Assembly: GCA_002495185.1 (NCBI GenBank)
Contig: DAEB01000044.1
Coordinates: 32,383 to 82,827 of the forward strand
Source of the DNA: Thermoplasmata archaeon UBA184
Lineage (GTDB): Archaea > Thermoplasmatota > Thermoplasmata > Lutacidiplasmatales > UBA184
Direction of reading: 5' to 3'
DNA length: 50,445 nt
The position numbers and the translations under genes are program-made. Of this stretch, positions 8,746 to 17,053 are shown in pieces (the first letter of the stretch is position 1; every line of letters starts with the position of its first letter). Under the pieces are notes generated by a model. The model did not search any database, was not told the DNA's origin, and was given only the letters and a program-made list of their open reading frames with translations.

Positions 8746-9618
8746 TTGAAGCCCCGGAGTCGGGAGTCGAAGGCGTCACGACGCCGTGCGTCCGGGTCCC
8801 TGGTCGTCGTCGGGACCGGACTCAAGGCCGCGCGGCAGCTTACTCCCGAAGCGCGCGAGGAGATCTCTCGGGCTGACCGGGTGTTCTACCTCGTCTCCGA
8901 CCCTCTTTCCGAGCGATGGGTCAAGAGCCTGAGGCCCACCGCGAGATCCCTCGTCTCCTGCTACTTGAGCGGACGACCGCGCGGAGAAGCGTACGAGCGT
9001 ATGATCGAAACGATCCTCGCACCGGTCCGTTCGGGACACACAGTATGTGTCGCGTTCTACGGCCATCCGGGGGTCTCCGTCCTTCCGTCGCACGAGGCGA
9101 TTCGGAGAGCGAGGGAGGAGGGGTTTGACGCGCGGATGCTCCCGGGGATCTCCTCGGAAGACTCGATGTTCGCCGAGCTTGGGTTCGACCCCACCCGTTC
9201 CGGTTGCCAGACCTACGAGGCGACCGATTTCTTGGTCTACCGCCGCAGGGTTGATCCCTCGAGCGCGTTGGTCCTGCTGCAGGCCGGCGTCGTCGGGAAC
9301 CTCAACTACAGTTCGCGGCCCTCCCAGCGCGGTCTGCGCCTGCTCGCCCAACGGCTGGCGAAGGTCTACGGAAGGAAGCACGAGGTCGTTCTCTACGAGG
9401 CGAGCGTGCTCCCGGTCGTTCTTTCGACCATCCGTGTCGTCCCCGTCGAGCAACTGACAACGGCCGGAATCACCGGCAGCACGACCCTTTTCGTTCCGCC
9501 CCGACCCCGCCCTCCGGATCGGGAAAGCGTGCGCTCTCTCCGGCTCCGCCCTTCGAAGACCACGCGAGTTCCCTCGAGGTGGAGACTGGACCCCCGAGGG
9601 AACGAGACACTCTCCTGA
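8746..9618 (+). CDS. Borosin peptide-backbone alpha-N-methyltransferase (OphMA/SonM-like, tetrapyrrole-methylase fold)
   Basis: GSLVVVGTGL, ADRVFYLVSDP, CYLSGRPRGEAYERM, AFYGHPGV, PSHEAIRRAREEGFDARMLPGISSED, LGFDP..SGCQTYEATDFL, HEVVLYEA, TTLFVPP; Y73/R79/Y83/Y105 have the same spacing as OphMA Y66/R72/Y76/Y98; TTG start with GAGGA upstream. Confidence 0.93.
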   Translation: MKPRSRESKASRRRASGSLVVVGTGLKAARQLTPEAREEISRADRVFYLVSDPLSERWVKSLRPTARSLVSCYLSGRPRGEAYERMIETILAPVRSGHTVCVAFYGHPGVSVLPSHEAIRRAREEGFDARMLPGISSEDSMFAELGFDPTRSGCQTYEATDFLVYRRRVDPSSALVLLQAGVVGNLNYSSRPSQRGLRLLAQRLAKVYGRKHEVVLYEASVLPVVLSTIRVVPVEQLTTAGITGSTTLFVPPRPRPPDRESVRSLRLRPSKTTRVPSRWRLDPRGNETLS

Positions 9619-9834
9619 ACTTCGTACGACCAAGGGCCTGCCCCGGCGTGTCCGAGAAGCTCGGTCCGAGCAAGAGCGCCCGGCGCAACGCCGCTGGGTA
9701 TCGGGAGCCTGTCCGGAGGGAGCTCGGTGCAATTGGAAGCCGGCCCGGTCCACACTAGTCCCCCAGACCGCGTGGGCTCCTTTGGCACAAAGTTGAACTC
9801 TCGCTGGGACGTGCATAGGCTCCGGCGACCGAAC

Positions 9835-10380
9835 GTGTCAGCCGAGTGCCTCGCCTGCGTCGCCGGCGTACGGCCCCTCCCCAAGCCGCAAGGACCGCCC
9901 GGGAGCCCCCTGGGCGCGTGCGCCAACTGTTCCTCCCTTGCCTGCGGAGCGCACGGCCAACGGGATCCGAACACGCCCGCGTTCATCTGCGTGGAGTGCA
10001 AGCCGCAGCACGTCGCGGCGAGCGCGGCGTTCGTCGGACCTGCAGGCCCGTTGAGTCCCGCCCAAGAGAAGGTCGCGGCGCTCTTTCTGCCGCTTGCCCA
10101 CAACCTCGCGGCGGCGGACCGGATTCGAGTGCGTTCCCTGGACGACTTCATCCGCCGGCATCCCGGCTACGACGAAGCAGCCCTACGGAAGGGGATGGAG
10201 AGGAGGTTCCCTCCGCCCGGGGTGGAAAGGGTCGCTGCACTCGCGGTATTCACGGAACTCCCGGGAGAGAAGTGGGACTTGCTGAAGTTGGCGGCGGTGC
10301 TGGCCCGGCAACTCGGGACCAACCGCTCCCGTAGCCCGCCCGAGATCGTGGCCTTGGCCGAGACATTGGGTCCGGGTTGA
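9835..10380 (+). CDS. Hypothetical protein with N-terminal 8-ligand zinc finger
   Basis: C-x2-C-x20-C-x2-C-x4-C-x2-H-x11-C-x2-C followed by a helical domain; GTG start at 9835 re-called (ORF track 9727). Confidence 0.7.
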   Translation: MSAECLACVAGVRPLPKPQGPPGSPLGACANCSSLACGAHGQRDPNTPAFICVECKPQHVAASAAFVGPAGPLSPAQEKVAALFLPLAHNLAAADRIRVRSLDDFIRRHPGYDEAALRKGMERRFPPPGVERVAALAVFTELPGEKWDLLKLAAVLARQLGTNRSRSPPEIVALAETLGPG

Positions 10381-10844
10381 TGAACGCACCAGTGACGGGA
10401 CTCGTTCTGGTTCATCGGATCGAGGTGGCAGACTTCCAGGCGACGTACCCCGGCCTTCGGACTGATATCCCCGGTCCCCGGCCCGTCCGGGTCCGGGCGG
10501 GACCGAAAGAGTCTGCCGTCCTCCAATCGGTCCCGAGGCTCGGAGCTTCTGGGAACGAAATCTGGGTTTCGATCGGCTGCCTCAGCTCCGTCAAGGACGG
10601 AACGGCAGTGACCGTGGAGAAGGCGTCGGCCCTCCAGTTCATCTTGTACAGGATGGTCCACAGCACGGCCAAGCTGATGGCGTTCGTCGGGTTCCTCGCC
10701 GCCGCGATCGGGACCGCGGTGTCGGGTGTGGCAACGATTCACTACGGGGCGGGCAACGTTCCCGCGGTGCTGGCCGAGATTGTTCTCGCTTTGCAGATCC
10801 TCGGGCTCGCCGTCGGATTCATCGGCGTGCTGTCTCTGCCGTAG
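10377..10844 (+). CDS. Hypothetical membrane protein (soluble N-terminal domain, two C-terminal TM helices)
   Basis: Start overlaps the upstream stop (TTGATGA); hydrophobic LMAFVGFLAAAIGTAVSGVA and VLAEIVLALQILGLAVGFIGVL. Confidence 0.65.
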   Translation: MMNAPVTGLVLVHRIEVADFQATYPGLRTDIPGPRPVRVRAGPKESAVLQSVPRLGASGNEIWVSIGCLSSVKDGTAVTVEKASALQFILYRMVHSTAKLMAFVGFLAAAIGTAVSGVATIHYGAGNVPAVLAEIVLALQILGLAVGFIGVLSLP

Positions 10845-10927
10845 CAGAGGAAATCGGGCCCTGTCCGACAGGAGTCGGAATGCGGACGGTGGCCTTACCA
10901 GGTCCTCGCGTCGGCGCGGACTCCACA

Positions 10928-11296
10928 CTAGAGTGCGTTCGGCTGCCAGAGCTCGACCGGGTTGCCCTCGGGGTCGTGGAGACGGGCGAATCGACCGTTG
11001 GGGTACTGTTGCTGGTCGACTTCGACCGAGATTCCGGCGGCGTGTAGCTGAGCGACCATCGCGTCCAGGTCGCGGACCCGGAAGTTGACCATCCACATCC
11101 GGTTCCGATCGCCGAAATAGTCGGTGTCCTCGGCGAACGGATTGAGCACCGTGGGGCCGGCCTCCTGCTCCCAGGTGGGCTCCTCGTAGTTGGTGGGGGT
11201 CGGGGTGATTCCGAGATTCTCCCGATACCACTCGGCGAGCCCCGACGGGTCCCGGGCACGAAAGAAGAGACCACCGATTCCGAGGACCTTCTCCAT
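10928..11296 (-). CDS. VOC family (glyoxalase/bleomycin resistance) protein
   Basis: KVLGIGGLFFRARDP..LAEWYRENLG, WMVNFRVRDLDAMVAQL, GRFARLHDPEGNPVELWQP. Confidence 0.93.
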   Translation of the reverse strand: MEKVLGIGGLFFRARDPSGLAEWYRENLGITPTPTNYEEPTWEQEAGPTVLNPFAEDTDYFGDRNRMWMVNFRVRDLDAMVAQLHAAGISVEVDQQQYPNGRFARLHDPEGNPVELWQPNAL

Positions 11297-11417
11297 GTTC
11301 GACGTTCAGGGGCGACGAGCGGCGGACATAAGACGCTCGTCCTCCACGAGCGGTCTCAGCGTGAGGAGAAGAGGGGGAAATCGAGCCTCCCGGGCGGGGA
11401 CCACCGGGGGGATCACC

Positions 11418-12521
11418 CTAAGCGCTGACGAGACGGAGCGTCGAGCCCCTCTCGGGTCGCTGGGTCGTGGACGCGCCAACTCGATACGACCGGGCGCGTT
11501 CCTGTTGGCATTCTGCACAGGCCCCGGGCTCGTCTCGCTCAAACGACTCCTGGAGGCACTCTCGGCAGAGCGGCTTTCGACACAGCCGGCACTCGGCCCA
11601 GGAACGGAATCCTGCGAGGTGGCCGGAGCATTCGGTGCAGAGGCGCCGGGCTTCGGACCGGACGGTCGCAACCCGGGAGGATTTGACCGGTTGGGACGGG
11701 CCGACGGGGGCCGTCGGACGAAGACGAGGGAGTATCGGATTGATGGAGTCCAACTCCACCACGTTGTCCAACGCGTCCATGCCCGCGGGCATTGCACCCC
11801 GCATCGACAGGAAGGACCCGGCCTCGGCCAGGTCCGGCGAGGCGCGCGGGAGCGCGTACCGGGGAACCACCGCAGTCGAATGCTCGTCGCGTTCGAAACG
11901 TCGATCGGGGGCCCTTTCCCTGGGCGGTGGCCCTTGAGAGGCCGGGGTGCGGCGCTCGGGACGCGAGGGGACGGCCGACGTCGTGTCCGTCGAGAGAACG
12001 ACCACATCGCTGTCCCGGTCCGCAAACGGACCGACCCCTCCGGACCTGTGGGCCGAGTAGGCGCTGCTCGCGACGGGACCGACGAGGGGAGTCCCCAGAG
12101 TGACTCCATGGGGCGATTCCCACTGTCGCCAGAGTTCATCCTCGAGATGGGTCAGATGCGCGAGGGTCGCCCTTCCGATCCCGCTGTGAGGAATCTTCTC
12201 CTCAGCTCGGGAGTCCTTCCGAGGGCTGTGATGAGGCTGTTCGGAGCGGAAGGGACTCGGGGAGGTCTCGGGGGTGGGTTCTTTGGCTGGGGCAGGGAGG
12301 CTTCGGACCCGGGGGGGTCGTAGGCACATGTAGGACCCCACCGAACCCACGAGGACGAACGAACCGACCGTGAGCAGGGCGAGCGGGAGGACCCGAATCC
12401 AGTTCGCAGCCATGCCGAACGTTCCAAGAACCCCCAGCACCAGCGCAACTCCTCCGAGGACGGGGAACACGTACAGGTGAGAGTGGTGCGCCAGTTTCTC
12501 CCAAGGGAAGGTTGACGCCAT
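11418..12521 (-). CDS. Membrane-anchored protein with long low-complexity linker and C-terminal C8 (FYVE-like spacing) zinc finger
   Basis: Two N-terminal TM helices; Pro/Ser-rich middle; CTEC-x12-CRLC-x4-CREC-x12-CAEC at 11639-11508. Confidence 0.75.
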   Translation of the reverse strand: MASTFPWEKLAHHSHLYVFPVLGGVALVLGVLGTFGMAANWIRVLPLALLTVGSFVLVGSVGSYMCLRPPRVRSLPAPAKEPTPETSPSPFRSEQPHHSPRKDSRAEEKIPHSGIGRATLAHLTHLEDELWRQWESPHGVTLGTPLVGPVASSAYSAHRSGGVGPFADRDSDVVVLSTDTTSAVPSRPERRTPASQGPPPRERAPDRRFERDEHSTAVVPRYALPRASPDLAEAGSFLSMRGAMPAGMDALDNVVELDSINPILPRLRPTAPVGPSQPVKSSRVATVRSEARRLCTECSGHLAGFRSWAECRLCRKPLCRECLQESFERDEPGACAECQQERARSYRVGASTTQRPERGSTLRLVSA

Positions 12522-12616
12522 CGGGTCGGCCGGGAGCCCCCGAAGAGGTGAGGTCGCGGGACCCGAGGATTAAGCTATCGCGACAGTGGAAACGGGAACC
12601 GGGCTGTCCCCTGAAG

Positions 12617-13150
12617 TTACGATGCCCCCGGATCTCGCGTAAGCTCCGTCCAATGCTCTCGAAGCGCGTCCCGCCGAGGCTTGTAGACCTCTGAGTAGAA
12701 CCGGGAACCCGACTTCAGGTCCTCGAGGTCGGCTTCCCCCACGATCTTGGTCGCTTCGTCCCAGGCTTCCGTCCAGACCTTCGTACTGCCAAACCGGTCG
12801 ATGATCTGTCGCTGGAACTCCTTCTCGGTCTGCGTCTCATCCCCGATCGTGAAGTAGACGCCCGGTTTGGAGGTGTCTCGGAACGCGAAGTCGTCCCCGA
12901 GATGGTACTCTTCGCGCGCGGGTCCCTCGGCGGCGGGCGCGCGGGCACCCTCCCCGGGGGCTCCGCCCCTCTTGAACCCCATCTTCGCCGCGGCGTAGAA
13001 GATGGCGCGGTTGAGCCCCCAGGAGTACGCCGAGTTCCGAGGAAGGCCCAGACGAGCGGCCCGAGCGGCTTGGAGGGTCGCCATCACGATGAAGCGGGAG
13101 ATGGGTCGCGGCGCAGTGCCAACGGACGGCTTCGTCACTCGACGCGGCAT
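12617..13150 (-). CDS. Conserved hypothetical protein of unknown function
   Basis: RFIVMATLQAARA..LGL...AYSWGLNRAIFYAAAK.GF and FYSEVYKPRRD recalled as a conserved archaeal-type uncharacterised family. Confidence 0.72.
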   Translation of the reverse strand: MPRRVTKPSVGTAPRPISRFIVMATLQAARAARLGLPRNSAYSWGLNRAIFYAAAKMGFKRGGAPGEGARAPAAEGPAREEYHLGDDFAFRDTSKPGVYFTIGDETQTEKEFQRQIIDRFGSTKVWTEAWDEATKIVGEADLEDLKSGSRFYSEVYKPRRDALREHWTELTRDPGAS

Positions 13151-13299
13151 CGCCCCCTGGAAGCACCGCCAGAGTAAAGTTCCTTCTCGAGAGGCGACAG
13201 TCTTCCTGAATCACTCCGACGGCCCCCATCGGAGTAGAGTCTTCGACGTGCCCTAGGAAGAACCCAAGAGCGAAGCGCCGCTGCTGCAGCAGGAGAGCC

Positions 13300-13746
13300 A
13301 TGCCTTCCACCGCACGCACCAAGCCAGGGACGCCGAATCCCCAGGAAGTCCGAATCGGGTCCATCGTCGTGGATTGCACGAACCTCGAAGAGATGATCCA
13401 GTTCTGGAGCGAAGGGCTCCATTATGTTCCCCGCGGCCCGGTCCGGCCCGACGGGGTCATGCTGATCGACCCGACGAAGAGGGGTCCGAATCTCAACCTC
13501 AGTCTCTCGAACGAGGGTCCGGCGAAGGAGTACCGTCTTCACCTCGACCTGTACGTCACCGACCCGAAGACGGAGCTGGAACGATTCCTTCGACTCGGTG
13601 CGACCGTTCGCCATCCTCCGAGGAAAGGACACGATTTCGTGGAGCTCGCGGACCCCGACGGGAATCCGTTCTGCCTCATCGACATCGATTGGCCGAAACG
13701 CCGGAACTTCTGGGGGGACGACTGGTCCTATGGGAACCATCCCTGA
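13300..13746 (+). CDS. VOC family protein (Glyoxalase_6-like)
   Basis: IGSIVVDC...MIQFWSEGL, RLHLDLY, RFLRLGAT, FVELADPDGNPFCLI; AGGAG upstream of ATG. Confidence 0.9.
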   Translation: MPSTARTKPGTPNPQEVRIGSIVVDCTNLEEMIQFWSEGLHYVPRGPVRPDGVMLIDPTKRGPNLNLSLSNEGPAKEYRLHLDLYVTDPKTELERFLRLGATVRHPPRKGHDFVELADPDGNPFCLIDIDWPKRRNFWGDDWSYGNHP

Positions 13747-14001
13747 AAGGCGCGGCCTCGACTCCCCTAGAGCCTATGCGAAGCGCTCCCCGGAAGAGAG
13801 GGATCGATGAGCGAGTTCTCTTGGACCGCGACCGGCCTTGCGGTTCCTACCGGGCGGCATTGCGCCGGAATCCGATTGAACCGTCCCGGGCTCTTCGCCG
13901 TCTGCTTTGCCGCGAGCTAGGGTCCGATCAGCCATCGATTCGTGCCCCGACTCATCTCGGAGCGGGGAAGATTGCCCGGGACATTCGAGATTGCGGATCC
14001 G

Positions 14002-14289
14002 TTAGGCACCGTCCGCGATCAGGGCGTTCGTCCGGGCACCCTTTGACCGGAGGTCCCTCAACGGGCGGTACTCGGTGGAATCGTACCACTCCATCAGGTT
14101 CTGGCGAGTGGGGAACTCGATGACGATGAGGTTTCCCTTCCCCGGCTCCCCCTCGACCGAGGTGGGGTTCCTGCTTGCGACGATGTATCGTCCGCCGTAC
14201 TTCTCGACCATGCCCGCGATCTCCTGGACGTATCGCGTGTGCATTCCTTCGTCCGACCACTCCACTCGGGCCACGAAATAGGCGGTCAC
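14002..14289 (-). CDS. DUF1330 domain protein
   Basis: MTAYFVA, YGGRYIV, VEGE...LIVIEFP, WYDSTEY..LRDLR. Confidence 0.9.
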   Translation of the reverse strand: MTAYFVARVEWSDEGMHTRYVQEIAGMVEKYGGRYIVASRNPTSVEGEPGKGNLIVIEFPTRQNLMEWYDSTEYRPLRDLRSKGARTNALIADGA

Positions 14290-15038
14290 GACTCTCTCCG
14301 CTCGCCGCTCAAGGACCCCCTTCGCTCACCGGGCGGGGGACCTCGAGGAGACCGGCCGCCGGGGTGAGGGCGGAGCCCGTACTGAACGACGAGAAACAGA
14401 CTCAGGCTCGCGATCCAGACATCCTCACGAACGGTCGTCCCGAGCACTCCCGCGGTATCAAAAAGGGGAAGCGCAGAAACCAAGAAGATAACGCCCGCCA
14501 CGACCCGACCGAGGCTGGCGCCCCGGAGCGATTGAAGGATTTCCGGCGGAATCGGCCGGTGCGAGACCCGTCGGTCCTCGGCGAACAGAAGGAAGTAGAA
14601 CGCCGCTAGGAGCAGCATCATCGCTCCCACGTCCAGCGCGAAGGCGGTCGAGGCGGCCCCTCCCACGATCGTACCCGTGGCGACCACCGACACATAGAAC
14701 AGGAACGGTTCGATCGCGACGCAGAACAGGATCGCGACGTTGACGATCAGAGTCTGCTGGGTCTCGTAGGGGAAGACGACGATGGCGCGGCGGTAGGCGA
14801 ACCACACCATGAAAATGATTACGAAGGTGAACCCAAACTCAACGACGCCCCTCGTCAGATCCGCCGCGTTTTGGGGCAGTTTCGACACGAGCGCAATCGA
14901 CCCGATCTCGAGCGAGAGGCCAAACACTACATCCGAGATCGTCTCGATTCCCAGACGTACTCTGGGAGCCGCGCTCGGCCCAGAGAGTTCCACCGGCTCT
15001 GCGGGAGGGGCGCTCACCTCGGCAGCCGCGGTCGGCAT
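14286..15038 (-). CDS. TMEM175 family (DUF1211) ion-channel-like membrane protein
   Basis: IETISDVVFGLSL resembles the RLEAFSDGVFAIAIT helix; FGFTFVIIFMVWFAYRR, NVAILFCVAIEPF; six TM segments; start 15038 or 15071. Confidence 0.75.
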   Translation of the reverse strand: MPTAAAEVSAPPAEPVELSGPSAAPRVRLGIETISDVVFGLSLEIGSIALVSKLPQNAADLTRGVVEFGFTFVIIFMVWFAYRRAIVVFPYETQQTLIVNVAILFCVAIEPFLFYVSVVATGTIVGGAASTAFALDVGAMMLLLAAFYFLLFAEDRRVSHRPIPPEILQSLRGASLGRVVAGVIFLVSALPLFDTAGVLGTTVREDVWIASLSLFLVVQYGLRPHPGGRSPRGPPPGERRGSLSGERRES

Positions 15039-15079
15039 CGCCGCCCCGGGGAATCCCACCGCGGGCATCAAAAAGTCAG

Positions 15080-15097
15080 GGTGAACCGGGGTTCACC
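15080..15097. repeat. Perfect 8-2-8 inverted repeat GGTGAACC-GG-GGTTCACC
   Basis: Read directly; lies in the intergenic region upstream of the TMEM175-like gene. Confidence 0.55.
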
Positions 15098-15218
15098 GCA
15101 GCTCGGCGGAATTCGCACGGCTCCACCGCGAGTTCTCGCTCCGAGGCGTGCGGGGACCCCTGGGCTTGCGAGGTCCGGGTTCGATGAGCGGGCATCCACG
15201 GTTCGTCGGACCGAGGGG

Positions 15219-16115
15219 TTACGTGAACAGATCCTCGAGAGGATTCTCCATCTCGCGGACCTCGCGGAGCTTCACTCCCCGAGATTCCAAGTCCCGAATC
15301 AGTGTCGGCACCTGTTCTGGACCGGAGAATTCGCGCAGATAGTAATCCCCACTCCGTTCCCAGCCGTCGAGAGCGGTCGTGGGTTCGAGCGTTCGGACTC
15401 CGACGATATAGTGGGCCGCTCGTACGTTCTCCATCTTGTCGAAGAGCGTCAGCGAACCCCCCTTCAACGCGATCACATAGCGGCCGATCTCTCGGGCTTC
15501 GAAGAGATTGTGCGAGGAGTAGAGAACGATCCGGTCTTTGCTGAGGTTGAGGATCAGGGTCCGAATCTCCCGTGCCACCTTCGGGTCAAGATTCGCAGTG
15601 GGTTCGTCGAGGAGATAGATCTCTCTTTCCCGAAGGAAGATCCGGGCAATCGCAACGCGCTTGCGTTGTCCCGCGCTCAGCTTGGAGATGAAGTTGTCCG
15701 AGAACTCCCGGATCTCGAGCTGGTCGAGGACGCGCTCCACGTCCGAGCGGGTAGCCCTCTCGACCTGAGCGTAGAAGTCGAGCCCCTCGCGGACGGTCAG
15801 GCCATCGGGCATCCCGTCGACGTGCGTGAGGTAGTGAAGGCGGTCCCGCGACGCCTGTTGGCCGATGGGAACCCCATCGATCAAGACCTCCCCGTAGGTC
15901 GGGCGGAGGATGCCCGCGATTGTGCGAAACAGGGTTGTCTTGCCGGCGCCGTTGGGTCCGAGGACCACGTAGACCGACGGAGTATCGACCGTAAAGGAAA
16001 CGTCGTGCAACACGGGCTTGTTCTGATAGCCGGACTGAACTGACCTGCAGGTCAGCGATGCCGTTCCCTCGGGGAGGGCAGGTAGGCCGATTTCGAGCTT
16101 CGGTCCCGCCGTCAT
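15219..16115 (-). CDS. ABC transporter ATP-binding subunit (ABC-2/exporter type)
   Basis: Walker A GPNGAGKTT, signature LSAGQ, Walker B IYLLDEPT, H-loop SSHNL. Confidence 0.95.
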   Translation of the reverse strand: MTAGPKLEIGLPALPEGTASLTCRSVQSGYQNKPVLHDVSFTVDTPSVYVVLGPNGAGKTTLFRTIAGILRPTYGEVLIDGVPIGQQASRDRLHYLTHVDGMPDGLTVREGLDFYAQVERATRSDVERVLDQLEIREFSDNFISKLSAGQRKRVAIARIFLREREIYLLDEPTANLDPKVAREIRTLILNLSKDRIVLYSSHNLFEAREIGRYVIALKGGSLTLFDKMENVRAAHYIVGVRTLEPTTALDGWERSGDYYLREFSGPEQVPTLIRDLESRGVKLREVREMENPLEDLFT

Positions 16116-16142
16116 GCCGCACTCCTTCCACTCTAGATCTAT

Positions 16143-16844
16143 CTAGGCCGGAGAAAGCAGTCGGTCCGGCGGCATCAACCGGTCGGTGCGCGCGAGCAAC
16201 GACACGAGCGCCAAGACGACGACCAACTCGTCGCCGAGCACGATCTGAACGGCGTGGGAGGGGATTGCCAGGGCCACCACCAGGCCTACCGCGGTCGGGA
16301 TGACGCCGAGCATGGGAAGAACCCCCAGCGGACTGTTCATTCCGGCTCGGGGAGAGGAGAGAGAGGTCCAGAAGACTCCGACGGTCGTCATCAAGGTCAC
16401 GGTCGCATAGCTCATCGGAAAGGTGTAGGCCAGCAAAGCTTCCGGAAGTGCCGGAGTGAGCACGTTCCCGCTGAGGAGGTAGGTGGTAATCCCCGCAGAG
16501 ACACCAACCGCCAGCACGATCGTCACTTGCACGAGACCCGCGATGAGCACGTTCAAAAGGATCCGCCGCGGAGAAAGCCCGTACGCGACGAGGTACTCGA
16601 GGACCCCCTTTGAACGGTCGTTCGTGAATACCATGGCTCCGCCGAGACCCCCCGACACGGCGAAGATCGGCAGGATGACAGTTCCGATCGATGTGAACAA
16701 CGATCCGCCAAGTCCGAACGCCGCGGAGTAGAACCCGACCATGACGCATCCGATTACAAGGGAAACCCGACCCACGACCATCGTCCGTCGGATCGTGATT
16801 CCGAGAAGAGAAGGCAAGGCGGACGGCTCGGGAGACGCGGCCAT
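16143..16844 (-). CDS. ABC-2 type transporter permease
   Basis: Six hydrophobic segments, FTNDRSKGVLEYLVAYGLSP motif, directly upstream of the ATPase; ATG 16844 re-called. Confidence 0.85.
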   Translation of the reverse strand: MAASPEPSALPSLLGITIRRTMVVGRVSLVIGCVMVGFYSAAFGLGGSLFTSIGTVILPIFAVSGGLGGAMVFTNDRSKGVLEYLVAYGLSPRRILLNVLIAGLVQVTIVLAVGVSAGITTYLLSGNVLTPALPEALLAYTFPMSYATVTLMTTVGVFWTSLSSPRAGMNSPLGVLPMLGVIPTAVGLVVALAIPSHAVQIVLGDELVVVLALVSLLARTDRLMPPDRLLSPA

Positions 16845-17053
16845 GCGGCGCGACCCAGGTGCGGCCCTCACATAAGGCGCACGTGAGAGAGCCCAACGAC
16901 CGATTGGCGGGAAGGGCGTGGAGGTGCTTCTCCCCGCCGCATCGCGAGGATGCCGTTGGGTCCCAGTTGCTCTAGAGCCAGAGCGGAGCCCCGGGTCCCA
17001 GACGTGCTTTCGAAAGGTCCTTAGCATGGGACCCAGTGGTCCCTCTCCCGCTC

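Noticed and set aside
8746-9618. Cobalamin/siroheme tetrapyrrole methylase
   Set aside because: YGHPG replaces the GDP motif, borosin-specific Y-x5-R-x3-Y and GCQTYEAT are present, and there are no cob/cbi genes nearby
13213-13235. Hairpin ACTCCGA-N9-TCGGAGT in a divergent intergenic region as a riboswitch or ncRNA
   Set aside because: Single short stem with no recognisable riboswitch consensus; easily arises by chance in GC-rich DNA
15219-16844. ABC exporter as the borosin peptide transporter
   Set aside because: 5.6 kb away, on the opposite strand, separated by unrelated genes, and with no peptidase domain
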